This document shows, in pieces, positions 24,398-32,000 of a stretch of DNA of 32,000 nucleotides. Source of the stretch: Pseudomonas aeruginosa (GTDB lineage Bacteria > Pseudomonadota > Gammaproteobacteria > Pseudomonadales > Pseudomonadaceae); the NCBI RefSeq assembly GCF_001457615.1, contig NZ_LN831024.1, forward strand, positions 930,001 to 962,000, in the 5' to 3' direction. The stretch's first letter is position 1. Every line of letters starts with the position of its first letter. The notes under the pieces are model-generated. The model searched no databases, was not told where the DNA came from, and was given only the letters and a program-made list of their open reading frames with translations. A program made the translations under genes and the position numbers.

Positions 24398-24423
24398 CCC
24401 ACGAATTGCATAAGGGGGTGCCC

Positions 24424-25521
24424 ATGGCACTCAACACGATCGACGAACTGATCGAAGACATCCGCCAAGGCAAGATGGTCATCCTGATGGATGACGAGGA
24501 CCGCGAGAACGAAGGCGACCTGATCATGGCCGCCGAATGCGTCCGCACCGAAGACATCAACTTCATGGTCAAGCATGCCCGCGGCCTGGTCTGCATGCCG
24601 ATGACCCGCGAGCGTTGCGAGCGCCTCGGCCTGCCGCTGATGGTGCAGCGCAACGGCTCCGGCTTCGGCACCAAGTTCACTGTCTCCATCGAGGCCGCCG
24701 AGGGCGTCACCACCGGCATCTCCGCCGCGGACCGCGCCCGCACCGTGCAGGCTGCGGCGGCGAAGAACGCCGTGGCCGCCGACATCGTCAGCCCCGGCCA
24801 CATCTTCCCGCTGATGGCCCAGCCGGGCGGTACCCTGGCTCGCGCCGGGCACACCGAGGCGGCCTGCGACCTGGCGCGGATGGCCGGGTTCGAGCCGTCC
24901 GGGGTGATCTGCGAGGTGATGAACGACGACGGCAGCATGGCTCGCCGGCCCGAACTGGAGGCGTTCGCCGCCGAGCACGGGATCAAGATCGGCACCATCG
25001 CCGACCTGATCCACTACCGGCTGATCCACGAGCGCACCGTCGAGCGCATCGCCGAGCAGCCGCTCGACAGCGAACTGGGCCACTTCAACCTGATCACCTA
25101 CCGCGACTCGGTGGAGGGCGACGTGCACCTGGCGCTGACCCTCGGCAAGGTCTGCGCGGAAGAGCCGACCCTGGTCCGCGTGCATAACATGGACCCGCTG
25201 CGCGACCTGCTGCAGGTCAACCAGCCGGGCCGCTGGAGCCTGCGCGCGGCGATGACCAAGGTCGCCGAGGCGGGCAGCGGCGTGGTGCTGCTGCTCGGTC
25301 ACCAGATCGGCGGCGACGACCTGCTCGCCCATGTCCGCGAGATCGCTTCGGCGCCGGCTCCGGCGCCCAAGGCCACCACCACCTACAGCACCGTCGGTGC
25401 CGGTTCGCAGATCCTGCGCGACCTCGGCGTGCGCAAGATGCGCCTGCTGAGTGCGCCGATGCGCTTCAATGCGATATCCGGTTTCGACCTGGAAGTTGTA
25501 GAATACCTGCCCGCCGAATAA
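24424..25521 (+). CDS. ribBA: 3,4-dihydroxy-2-butanone-4-phosphate synthase fused to a degenerate GTP cyclohydrolase II-like domain (RibBA/RibBX type)
   Basis: The N-terminal DHBP synthase domain is intact (MDDEDRENEGDLIMAAE, GHTEAACDL). The C-terminal domain aligns to RibA but lacks the zinc-binding Cys triad (see findings). 365 aa. Confidence 0.92.
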   Translation: MALNTIDELIEDIRQGKMVILMDDEDRENEGDLIMAAECVRTEDINFMVKHARGLVCMPMTRERCERLGLPLMVQRNGSGFGTKFTVSIEAAEGVTTGISAADRARTVQAAAAKNAVAADIVSPGHIFPLMAQPGGTLARAGHTEAACDLARMAGFEPSGVICEVMNDDGSMARRPELEAFAAEHGIKIGTIADLIHYRLIHERTVERIAEQPLDSELGHFNLITYRDSVEGDVHLALTLGKVCAEEPTLVRVHNMDPLRDLLQVNQPGRWSLRAAMTKVAEAGSGVVLLLGHQIGGDDLLAHVREIASAPAPAPKATTTYSTVGAGSQILRDLGVRKMRLLSAPMRFNAISGFDLEVVEYLPAE

Positions 25522-25638
25522 GGCCTGTCCCGCCCGCCGCGTGCAAGATCGCGGTGGGCGCTATGCTGGACGGACCTTTCGACCCTTTTCGCTCGGGGCG
25601 CAACGGCGTCCCGGCTCTTTAACAGATGAGACCTGCTC

Positions 25639-26115
25639 ATGACCCTGAAGACCATCGAAGGTACCTTCATTGCCCCCAAAGGCCGCTACGCCCTGGTGGT
25701 CGGCCGCTTCAACAGCTTCGTCGTGGAAAGCCTGGTCAGCGGCGCCGTCGACGCCCTGGTCCGCCACGGCGTGGCTGAAAGCGAGATCACCATCATCCGC
25801 GCCCCGGGTGCCTTCGAGATCCCGCTGGTGACCCAGAAGGTCGCCCAGCAAGGCGGCTTCGACGCCATCATCGCCCTCGGCGCGGTGATCCGTGGCGGCA
25901 CCCCGCACTTCGAATACGTGGCTGGCGAGTGCACCAAGGGCCTGGCCCAGGTGTCCCTGCAGTTCGGCATCCCGGTCGCCTTCGGCGTCCTCACCGTCGA
26001 CTCCATCGAGCAGGCCATCGAGCGCTCCGGCACCAAGGCCGGCAACAAGGGCGCCGAAGCCGCGCTGTCGGCCCTGGAAATGGTCAGCCTGCTGGCGCAG
26101 TTGGAGGCCAAGTGA
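25639..26115 (+). CDS. ribH: 6,7-dimethyl-8-ribityllumazine synthase (called ribE in older PAO1 nomenclature)
   Basis: 158 aa. [39 protein letters not shown]. Confidence 0.95.
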
Positions 26116-26591
26116 GCAATCAAGACAGCGGCAACCCGGCAGCCAAGCCGCCGAAAGGCAAGACCGCCGCTCGCCGCAAGGCCCGCAGCCTGGCCGTCCA
26201 GGCCCTGTACTCCTGGCAGATCGCCGGCCAGCCCCTGCACGAGATCGAGGCGCAGTTCCGCACCGACAACGACTTCTCCGAGGTCGACGGCGCCTACTTC
26301 CACGAGATCCTGCACGGCGTGCCGCGACAGAAGAGCGAGCTGGACTCCACCTTCGAGCCCTGCCTGGACCGCCCGCTGGCCGAGATCGACCCGGTCGAGC
26401 TGGCCATCCTGCGGCTGTCCACCTACGAGCTGCGCAACCGCATCGACGTGCCCTACAAGGTAGTGATCAACGAGGGCATCGAGCTGGCCAAGACCTTCGG
26501 CGCCACCGACGGCCACAAGTTCGTCAACGGCGTGCTCGACAAGCTGGCGCCGCGCCTGCGCGCCGCCGAGCTGCGCGGCGGCAAGCGCTGA
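26112..26591 (+). CDS. nusB: Transcription antitermination factor NusB
   Basis: The GTG at 26112 overlaps the ribH TGA (GTGA). [20 protein letters not shown] and [10 protein letters not shown]. 159 aa. Confidence 0.92.
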
Positions 26592-26609
26592 TCCCGCGCC
26601 GGCGGCGTC

Positions 26610-27578
26610 ATGGGTGAGTTCGAGCTGATCCGCCGCTTCTTCGCCGCGGCCGCCTGCGCGGCGCCGGCGGCGGACGTGGCCCTCGGCATCGGCGACGACT
26701 GCGCCCTGCTGGCGCCGCCAGCCGGCGAACAACTGGCGGTCTCCACCGATACCCTGGTGGAAGGCGTGCATTTTCCCGCCGGTTGCGACCCTTTCCTTCT
26801 TGCCCAGCGCGCCCTGGCGGTCTCCGCCAGCGACCTGGCGGCGATGGGCGCCGCGCCCCTGGCCTTCACCCTGGCCCTGACCTTGCCGCAGGCCGACGCC
26901 GAGTGGTTGCAGGGCTTCGCCCGCGGCCTCGACGCCATGGCCCGGCAGTGCGGCCTGGCCCTGGTCGGCGGCGACACCACGCGCGGCCCGCTGAGCATGA
27001 CCCTGACCGTATTCGGCAGGGTGCCGGCCGGCCAGGCGCTGACCCGCGCCGGTGCGCGCCCGGGCGACCTGCTCTGCGTCGGGGGCCCGCTCGGCGAGGC
27101 TGGAGCGGCGCTGGAACTGGTGCTGGAGCGAAGATCGGCGCCCGCCGAGGTGGCCGAACCGCTGCTGGCGCGCTACTGGACGCCGGCCCCGCAATTCGGT
27201 CTGGGCCTCGCCCTGCGCGGCAAGGCCAGCGCCGCCCTGGACATCTCCGACGGGCTGCTCGCCGACTGCGGGCATATCGCCCGCGCTTCCGGCGTTGCCC
27301 TGTTGGTCGAATGCCAGCGCTTGCAGGCAAGCGCCGCGTTGAGCGGCCTGCTCGCCGGCGAGGAAGCCTTGCGCCAGCAACTGGCCGCCGGCGACGACTA
27401 CGTGCTGGTTTTCACCCTGCCGCCTGAGTACCTTGGCGAGATTCGCGCCGCGTGGCCGGCCATGGCCGTCATCGGCCGGGTCGAGGCGGGACAGGGGGTG
27501 CACCTGCTCGACGCCGACGGAAAGGAACTCATACCGGCCGCGGCCGGTTACCAACATTTCGGAACCCAACGTGACTGA
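26610..27578 (+). CDS. thiL: Thiamine-monophosphate kinase
   Basis: MGEFELIRRFF...GIGDDCALL...AVSTDTLVEGVHF, typical of the AIR-synthase-like fold. 322 aa. Confidence 0.93.
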   Translation: MGEFELIRRFFAAAACAAPAADVALGIGDDCALLAPPAGEQLAVSTDTLVEGVHFPAGCDPFLLAQRALAVSASDLAAMGAAPLAFTLALTLPQADAEWLQGFARGLDAMARQCGLALVGGDTTRGPLSMTLTVFGRVPAGQALTRAGARPGDLLCVGGPLGEAGAALELVLERRSAPAEVAEPLLARYWTPAPQFGLGLALRGKASAALDISDGLLADCGHIARASGVALLVECQRLQASAALSGLLAGEEALRQQLAAGDDYVLVFTLPPEYLGEIRAAWPAMAVIGRVEAGQGVHLLDADGKELIPAAAGYQHFGTQRD

Positions 27579-28086
27579 GCATCCTGATCAGGCGCCGGCG
27601 CAGCCGGTGCCGCCGTCGGTCTGGCGCAATCCCTGGCATTTCCTCGCCTTCGGCTTCGGCTCCGGCACCCTGCCCAAGGCGCCGGGCACCTGGGGGTCGC
27701 TGGTGGCCATCCCGTTCATCCCGCTGTGGCAGATGCTGCCGGACTGGGGCTACTGGCTGATGCTGGGAGTGACCATGCTGTTCGGCTTCTGGCTGTGCGG
27801 CAAGGTCGCCGACGACCTGCGCGTGCACGACCACGAAGGCATCGTCTGGGACGAGATGGTCGGCATGTGGATAACCCTCTGGCTGGTGCCGGAGGGCTGG
27901 TGGTGGCTGCTGATCGGCTTCGTCGTGTTCCGCATCGTGGATATTCTCAAGCCCTGGCCGATCAGTTGGGTGGACCGCAACGTGCACGGCGGCGTCGGGA
28001 TCATGCTCGACGACGTCCTGGCCGGGGTATTCGCCTGGCTGGTCATGCAGGGTCTAGTCTGGGGATGGGTACACTGGCTGGTCTGA
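27571..28086 (+). CDS. pgpA: Phosphatidylglycerophosphatase A
   Basis: GFGSGTLPKAPGTWGSL and FRIVDILKPWPI motifs. The GTG at 27571 overlaps the thiL end by 8 nt. 171 aa. Confidence 0.88.
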   Translation: MTEHPDQAPAQPVPPSVWRNPWHFLAFGFGSGTLPKAPGTWGSLVAIPFIPLWQMLPDWGYWLMLGVTMLFGFWLCGKVADDLRVHDHEGIVWDEMVGMWITLWLVPEGWWWLLIGFVVFRIVDILKPWPISWVDRNVHGGVGIMLDDVLAGVFAWLVMQGLVWGWVHWLV

Positions 28087-28094
28087 GGCCTCCC

Positions 28095-28841
28095 ATGCGT
28101 CTGCTCGTCCTGTTCTGCTGCCTGTGGCTGCTGCCCGGCGTCGCTTCCGCCGCCCCCTCCGTGGGCGAGATCCGCGTGGTCAGCGAAACCTGGACGCGCT
28201 ACACCCAGGAGGACGGTCGCGGGGTGGCCTGGGACCTGCTGCGGGCCGTCTACGAGCCGGCCGGGGTACGCCTGCGGATCGCCAACGAGCCCTATACCCG
28301 GGCGGTCGGCCTGGTCCTGCGCGGCGAGGCCGACGCCTGGGTCGGCGCCTACCGCGGGGAAATCGACGAAGCGCTTTATCCTCGCTGGCCCTATGACGTC
28401 GATCCGATCGCCGTGCTTTCCCTGAAAGACAATCCGCCGCCGCCACTGGAGGGCCTGAGCCGGTTCCGCCTGTCATGGATGCGTGGCTACGCCTTCGCCC
28501 GCTATTTCCCTACCCTGACCCCGCACAGCGAGTTGCAGCGCCGCACCTCGGCGCTGCCGATGCTGCTCAACCACCGGGTCGACTATTTCATCGATTCGCG
28601 TCCGGAACTCGAGGAAATGCTCGCAGGGGCCGGAGCGCTGGCGGCTGAGTACCGCATCACCGACGTCACTCGGTTGCCGCTGTATCTTGGCTTCTCCGAT
28701 TCCCCCAGGGGCCGTGAGCTGCTGGCGCTGTTCGACCGGCGCATGCGGCAGTTGCATGCCAGCGGCGAGCTGGAGCGGATCTTCGCCCGCTGGAACTGGC
28801 CCTATGCGCCGTTGAAGGCAATCCTGCCACCCAAGGAGTGA
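28095..28841 (+). CDS. Periplasmic family-3-like substrate-binding-domain protein (orphan; no cognate ABC permease/ATPase adjacent)
   Basis: Signal peptide MRLLVLFCCLWLLPGVASA. YTRAVGLVLRGEADAWVG and a general type-2 periplasmic binding protein pattern. 248 aa. ATGA overlap with the next gene. Confidence 0.7.
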   Translation: MRLLVLFCCLWLLPGVASAAPSVGEIRVVSETWTRYTQEDGRGVAWDLLRAVYEPAGVRLRIANEPYTRAVGLVLRGEADAWVGAYRGEIDEALYPRWPYDVDPIAVLSLKDNPPPPLEGLSRFRLSWMRGYAFARYFPTLTPHSELQRRTSALPMLLNHRVDYFIDSRPELEEMLAGAGALAAEYRITDVTRLPLYLGFSDSPRGRELLALFDRRMRQLHASGELERIFARWNWPYAPLKAILPPKE

Positions 28842-29488
28842 TCATGCTGCGGCTGTGCGTCGCCCTGTTTTCCAGCGCTCTCGCGTTGTCCTCGCTGGCC
28901 GCGCCCCAGGTGTTCGTGGTCGGCCTGTTCCCCGGCGCGGCGGTACTCAACGTCGATGGCCAGCGCAAGCTGGTCAGGGTCGGCCAGACCGGCCCGCAGG
29001 GCGTCCAGGTGGTCAGCGCCGACAGCCGCAAGGCGGTGCTGCGGATCGACGGCGTCGAGCGCACCTACGAACTGAGCCGCGAATACAACGAGGCAGGCTA
29101 TTCGGCGCCGCAGCGGCAAAGCTTCAGCATAGCCCGCGGTACGGGCGGGCACTATTGGGTGGCTGGCTCGGTGAACGGGCAGAACATGCAGTTCCTGGTG
29201 GATACCGGCGCCACCAGCATCGCCATGAACGAGAACGAGGCGCGCCGCCTGGGTATCGATTACCGGGTGGACGGCAAGCCGATGGTCGCCTCCACTGCCA
29301 GCGGAACCTCGCGCGGCTGGCGGGTGACCCTGGACCGGGTGAAGATCGGCGGTATCGAGTTGCTGGGTGTCGAGGCGGCGGTGATCGAGGGTGGCTATCC
29401 GACCGAAGCCCTGCTCGGCATGAGTTTCCTCAACCGGGTGCGTTGGCGCGAGGAACAGGGAATGCTGCTTATCGAGGCCAAGCATTGA
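28838..29488 (+). CDS. Retropepsin-like (clan AA, single-lobe) aspartic protease with an N-terminal signal/anchor
   Basis: FLVDTGATSIAMN, with the catalytic D-T-G encoded at 29201-29209. A downstream GMSFL hydrophobic-Gly motif. N-terminal hydrophobic segment MLRLCVALFSSALALSSLAAP. 216 aa (alternative start at 28844). Confidence 0.8.
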   Translation: MIMLRLCVALFSSALALSSLAAPQVFVVGLFPGAAVLNVDGQRKLVRVGQTGPQGVQVVSADSRKAVLRIDGVERTYELSREYNEAGYSAPQRQSFSIARGTGGHYWVAGSVNGQNMQFLVDTGATSIAMNENEARRLGIDYRVDGKPMVASTASGTSRGWRVTLDRVKIGGIELLGVEAAVIEGGYPTEALLGMSFLNRVRWREEQGMLLIEAKH

Positions 29489-29618
29489 ATGTCGCTCGCT
29501 CATAACCCGGGGTTCTATTCATCGTCCATCTCGATAGGTATTTGCGGCATTTCGAGCTGACCGGGCGCCGGACGCTGCTGGTACAATGGCGGACTTCCGT
29601 TTCCCTAGGAGTTCCCCG

Positions 29619-30236
29619 GTGTCCGTCGTGTTCGTCGCCGCCTCCAAACTGCCGACTCCCTTCGGCGAATTCACCATGCATGGTTTCCTCGACGAGGAGA
29701 GCGGCAAGGAACATGTAGCCCTGAGCATGGGCGACATCGCCGATGGCGCGCCGGTGCTTGGTCGCCTGCATTCCGAATGCCTGACCGGCGACGCGCTGTT
29801 CAGCCTGCGCTGCGATTGCGGTTTCCAGCTGGAAGGCGCGCTTGCCGCCATCGCCGAGGAGGGCCGCGGCGTGCTCCTCTACCTGCGCCAGGAAGGTCGC
29901 GGCATCGGCCTGCTGAACAAGATCCGTGCCTATGAATTGCAGGATGGCGGTGCCGACACCGTCGAGGCGAACCTGCAACTGGGTTTTGGCGCCGACCAGC
30001 GCGACTACGCCATGTGCCAGCCGATGCTCGCGCACCTGGGCGTCTCCTCCCTGCGCCTGATGACCAACAATCCGCGCAAGGTCAAGGCGCTGGAAAGCTA
30101 CGCCATCACCGTGGCGGAGCGCGTGCCGCTGCAAAAGGGCCTGAACAAGCACAACAGGCGCTACCTGGCGACCAAGGCCGGCAAGCTCGGGCACATGCTC
30201 GGCAGCCTGCACCAGGGCGAGGCGGAAACCACGTGA
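29619..30236 (+). CDS. ribA: GTP cyclohydrolase II
   Basis: [21 protein letters not shown] (Cys triad intact), [19 protein letters not shown] at 29619 with AGGAG 7 nt upstream. 205 aa. The track ORF starts at 29586. Confidence 0.92.
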   Translation: MSVVFVAASKLPTPFGEFTMHGFLDEESGKEHVALSMGDIADGAPVLGRLHSECLTGDALFSLRCDCGFQLEGALAAIAEEGRGVLLYLRQEGRGIGLLNKIRAYELQDGGADTVEANLQLGFGADQRDYAMCQPMLAHLGVSSLRLMTNNPRKVKALESYAITVAERVPLQKGLNKHNRRYLATKAGKLGHMLGSLHQGEAETT

Positions 30237-30652
30237 GTCGCCAGCAAGCCCGCGGCGCGCTGGGACGTGCCTGGTGGTTGCAACTGGCGTTGGCGCTGTT
30301 GCCGCTGATCCTGGTCGAGTTCTTCCTCGGCGAACTGCAACCCCTTCCCCATGGCCTGGCGATGCCGCTGTTCATCGCCGCGCTGCTGTCGATGTTCGTC
30401 AACCTGCCGCTGTTCGGTGCCTACAAGCGTGGTCTCATCGCCACCCAGAAAGCGCTGGATACGGCGGAGGAAGCCGCCGCCTGGACCCGTCTGGCGCAGG
30501 TGCGCCGCAAGGCCCTGTTCGGCGCCAGCCTGCCGGCCTGGATCGGCGTGCCGGGTGTGTTCGCCGGGCTCAACGGCGTTGCGCTGATCCTGCTCGGGAT
30601 CACCAGCCTGGTGCTGTTCTGGCTCTACCGTATTCCGCGTCAACTCGGTTGA
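30233..30652 (+). CDS. Small integral membrane protein (139 aa, about 4 TM), unknown function
   Basis: The GTG at 30233 overlaps the ribA TGA (GTGA). Hydrophobic segments [39 protein letters not shown] and [17 protein letters not shown]. Confidence 0.65.
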   Translation: MSRQQARGALGRAWWLQLALALLPLILVEFFLGELQPLPHGLAMPLFIAALLSMFVNLPLFGAYKRGLIATQKALDTAEEAAAWTRLAQVRRKALFGASLPAWIGVPGVFAGLNGVALILLGITSLVLFWLYRIPRQLG

Positions 30653-31449
30653 TGCGCTCGTTCTGGCTGCTCGCCTGCCTGCTCCTCAGCCTTTCCGCCG
30701 GGGCGGCGCAGCGGGTGGTCAGCCTGGCGCCTTCGCTGACCGACAGCGTCCTCGAACTCGGCGCCGCGCGCCGCCTGGTCGGCGTGCTGGATGGTGGCGA
30801 GCGTCCGGCGGCGATTGGCGACCTGCCTTCCGTCGGCCGCTACGGCCAGGTCAATCTCGAACGCCTGCTGGAACTGCAGCCCGATCTGATCCTGGTCTGG
30901 CCCGGCAGCGTGCCCGAGGCGCAGTTGCAGCGTCTGCGGGACTTCGGCATCGCCCTCTTCATCGCCGAACCGCACAGCCTCGACGAACTGGCCCTGCAAC
31001 TGGCTGCGCTGGGCGAGGCATTGGGCGAGGCCGAGGCCGGCCAGCGGCTGTCGACCAGGTTCCGCGAAGGCATGCGGCGCCTGGCCGAGCGCTACCGGCG
31101 GGACAAGCCGCTGAAGGTGTTCTACCAGGTCTGGGACCGGCCGCTGTACACCATTGGCGGACGCCAGGTGATCAGCGATGCGCTGCGCGTCTGCGGTGCC
31201 GAGAACCTGTTCGGCGACCTGCCGCAGCCGGCGCCGCAGGTCAGCGTCGAGGCGGTTCTGGCGCGCGATCCGGCGGTCATCGTCGCCGGCAGTCACGCCC
31301 AGCTCGAACTCTGGCGGCAATGGCCGGCGCTGGCGGCGACGCGGCGCGGACAGCTGTACCGGATCGAAGACAAGAACCTTGAGCGGCCGAGCTTCGCCAT
31401 GCTGGCGGCGACCGAGAAACTCTGCCGCTCGCTCGCCGGGGCGCGCTGA
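30652..31449 (+). CDS. btuF: Periplasmic cobalamin-binding protein, BtuF-like (class III SBP)
   Basis: Signal peptide [59 protein letters not shown] and PQVSVEAVLARDPAVIV parallel E. coli BtuF as I remember it. The ATG overlaps the previous stop by 1 nt (TGATG). Confidence 0.8.
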   Translation: MRSFWLLACLLLSLSAGAAQRVVSLAPSLTDSVLELGAARRLVGVLDGGERPAAIGDLPSVGRYGQVNLERLLELQPDLILVWPGSVPEAQLQRLRDFGIALFIAEPHSLDELALQLAALGEALGEAEAGQRLSTRFREGMRRLAERYRRDKPLKVFYQVWDRPLYTIGGRQVISDALRVCGAENLFGDLPQPAPQVSVEAVLARDPAVIVAGSHAQLELWRQWPALAATRRGQLYRIEDKNLERPSFAMLAATEKLCRSLAGAR

Positions 31450-31472
31450 ATGCTTGCCGGTATCGCGCTGTA

Positions 31473-31548
31473 CCGGCGAATAACGCCGGTGGCGTTATTC
31501 GCCCTACGGGCAATTGGGGGGTAGGGCGAATAACCGCAACGCGGTTAT
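31473..31548. repeat. REP-like cluster of nested inverted repeats built on the unit GTAGGGCGAATAAC(G/C)C
   Basis: Perfect 13-bp hairpin GGCGAATAACGCC-GGT-GGCGTTATTCGCC (31475-31503). A reverse copy GGCGTTATTCGCCCTAC (31491-31507) pairs with GTAGGGCGAATAAC (31521-31534). A further hairpin ATAACCGC-AAC-GCGGTTAT lies at 31530-31548. The cluster sits between the convergent btuF-like and dxs genes. Confidence 0.7.
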
Positions 31549-31572
31549 CCGCCGTTGTCGCTGGGTTTGGCG

Positions 31573-32000
31573 CTATTGCCGGTCGAGACGCTGGCGTACC
31601 GCCTTTTCGATGCCCGCGGCATCCAGGCCGCATTCGGCGAGCATCTCGCTGGGCTTGGCGTGTTCGACGTAGTAGTCGGGCAGGCCCAGTTGCAGCAGCG
31701 GGACTTCGAGGCCCTCGCTGGCGAGGAACTCGCCGACCGCCGAGCCGGCGCCGCCCATCACGGCGTTTTCCTCGATGGTCACCAGCAGTTCGTGGCTGCC
31801 CGCCAGTTCGCGTACCAGGGCTTCGTCGAGGGGTTTGACGAAACGCATGTCGACGACCGTGGCGTCGAGGCTTTCGGCGACCTTCATCGCCTCCGCCAAC
31901 TGCACGCCGAAGACCAGCAGTGCGACCCTGCCGCCGCGCCGACGGACCACGCCCTTGCCGATCTCCACCGGTTGCAGGTCCGGATCGATCGGATGGTTGG
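31573..32000 (-). CDS. dxs: 1-deoxy-D-xylulose-5-phosphate synthase, C-terminal part (the gene continues beyond the window end)
   Basis: The C-terminal transketolase-C domain sequence ([18 protein letters not shown]...[15 protein letters not shown]...[15 protein letters not shown]...[10 protein letters not shown]) is typical of Dxs. The stop is TAG at 31573-31575. Confidence 0.9.
   Translation of the reverse strand, partial: NHPIDPDLQPVEIGKGVVRRRGGRVALLVFGVQLAEAMKVAESLDATVVDMRFVKPLDEALVRELAGSHELLVTIEENAVMGGAGSAVGEFLASEGLEVPLLQLGLPDYYVEHAKPSEMLAECGLDAAGIEKAVRQRLDRQ

Noticed and set aside
25686-27569. 627-aa minus-strand ORF spanning ribH-nusB-thiL
   Set aside because: It is antisense to three strongly supported housekeeping genes. 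The translation is low-complexity (G/A/R/Q-rich) with no recognisable domain.
1-32000. Search for CRISPR arrays, tRNA/rRNA genes, IS elements, integrases, phage or defence-system genes
   Set aside because: I saw no regularly spaced direct repeats, no cloverleaf-compatible conserved tRNA segments in intergenic regions, and no transposase, integrase or nuclease-like ORFs. Apart from the left-end AT-rich island, the window reads as conserved chromosomal backbone.

Overview
GC-rich chromosomal window that looks like core Pseudomonas aeruginosa genome. From memory, and not checked against a database, the gene order matches PAO1 PA4080 down to PA4044 (dxs). I support 39 protein-coding genes, one FMN riboswitch, one REP-like repeat cluster and several candidate regulatory sites. 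I found no rRNA, tRNA, CRISPR array, IS element or integrase.

Layout, left to right:
- 120-410: an AT-rich intergenic island, followed by an RcsB-like orphan response regulator with atypical codon usage.
- 1215-12422: an accessory-looking block. It holds a stand-alone A-T-R NRPS-like reductase plus an SDR, a mini XRE regulator plus membrane protein, a methyltransferase and a LuxR-type regulator. It also holds a FeaB-like aldehyde dehydrogenase - APC permease - unknown-protein operon and a FeaR-like AraC regulator.
- 12691-14854: an RmlD-like/epimerase pair and a SirB2-like membrane protein.
- 14937-18958: oprG and the His-rich protein/ABC/DUF3299 zinc-type operon, with a candidate Zur box.
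- 19472-21542: thioredoxin-TPR protein, a methyltransferase and a lipoprotein.
- 21728-31449: a ~10 kb plus-strand housekeeping array, nrdR-ribD-(FMN riboswitch)-ribE-ribBA-ribH-nusB-thiL-pgpA-SBP-like-retropepsin-like protease-ribA-membrane protein-btuF-like. Many of its start/stop codons overlap.
- 31573-32000: the 3' end of dxs on the minus strand.

Most worth a second look:
- the orphan A-T-R + SDR unit, with a las/rhl-box-like site upstream;
- the FMN riboswitch expression platform (SD-sequestering hairpin plus a small uORF overlapping the ribE start);
- the SBP-like/retropepsin-like protease pair embedded among housekeeping genes;
- the FeaB/FeaR-like cluster, which lacks an amine-oxidising enzyme;
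- the XRE operator repeats.

Many long ORFs in the six-frame track are out-of-frame or antisense artefacts of the high GC content and were rejected.
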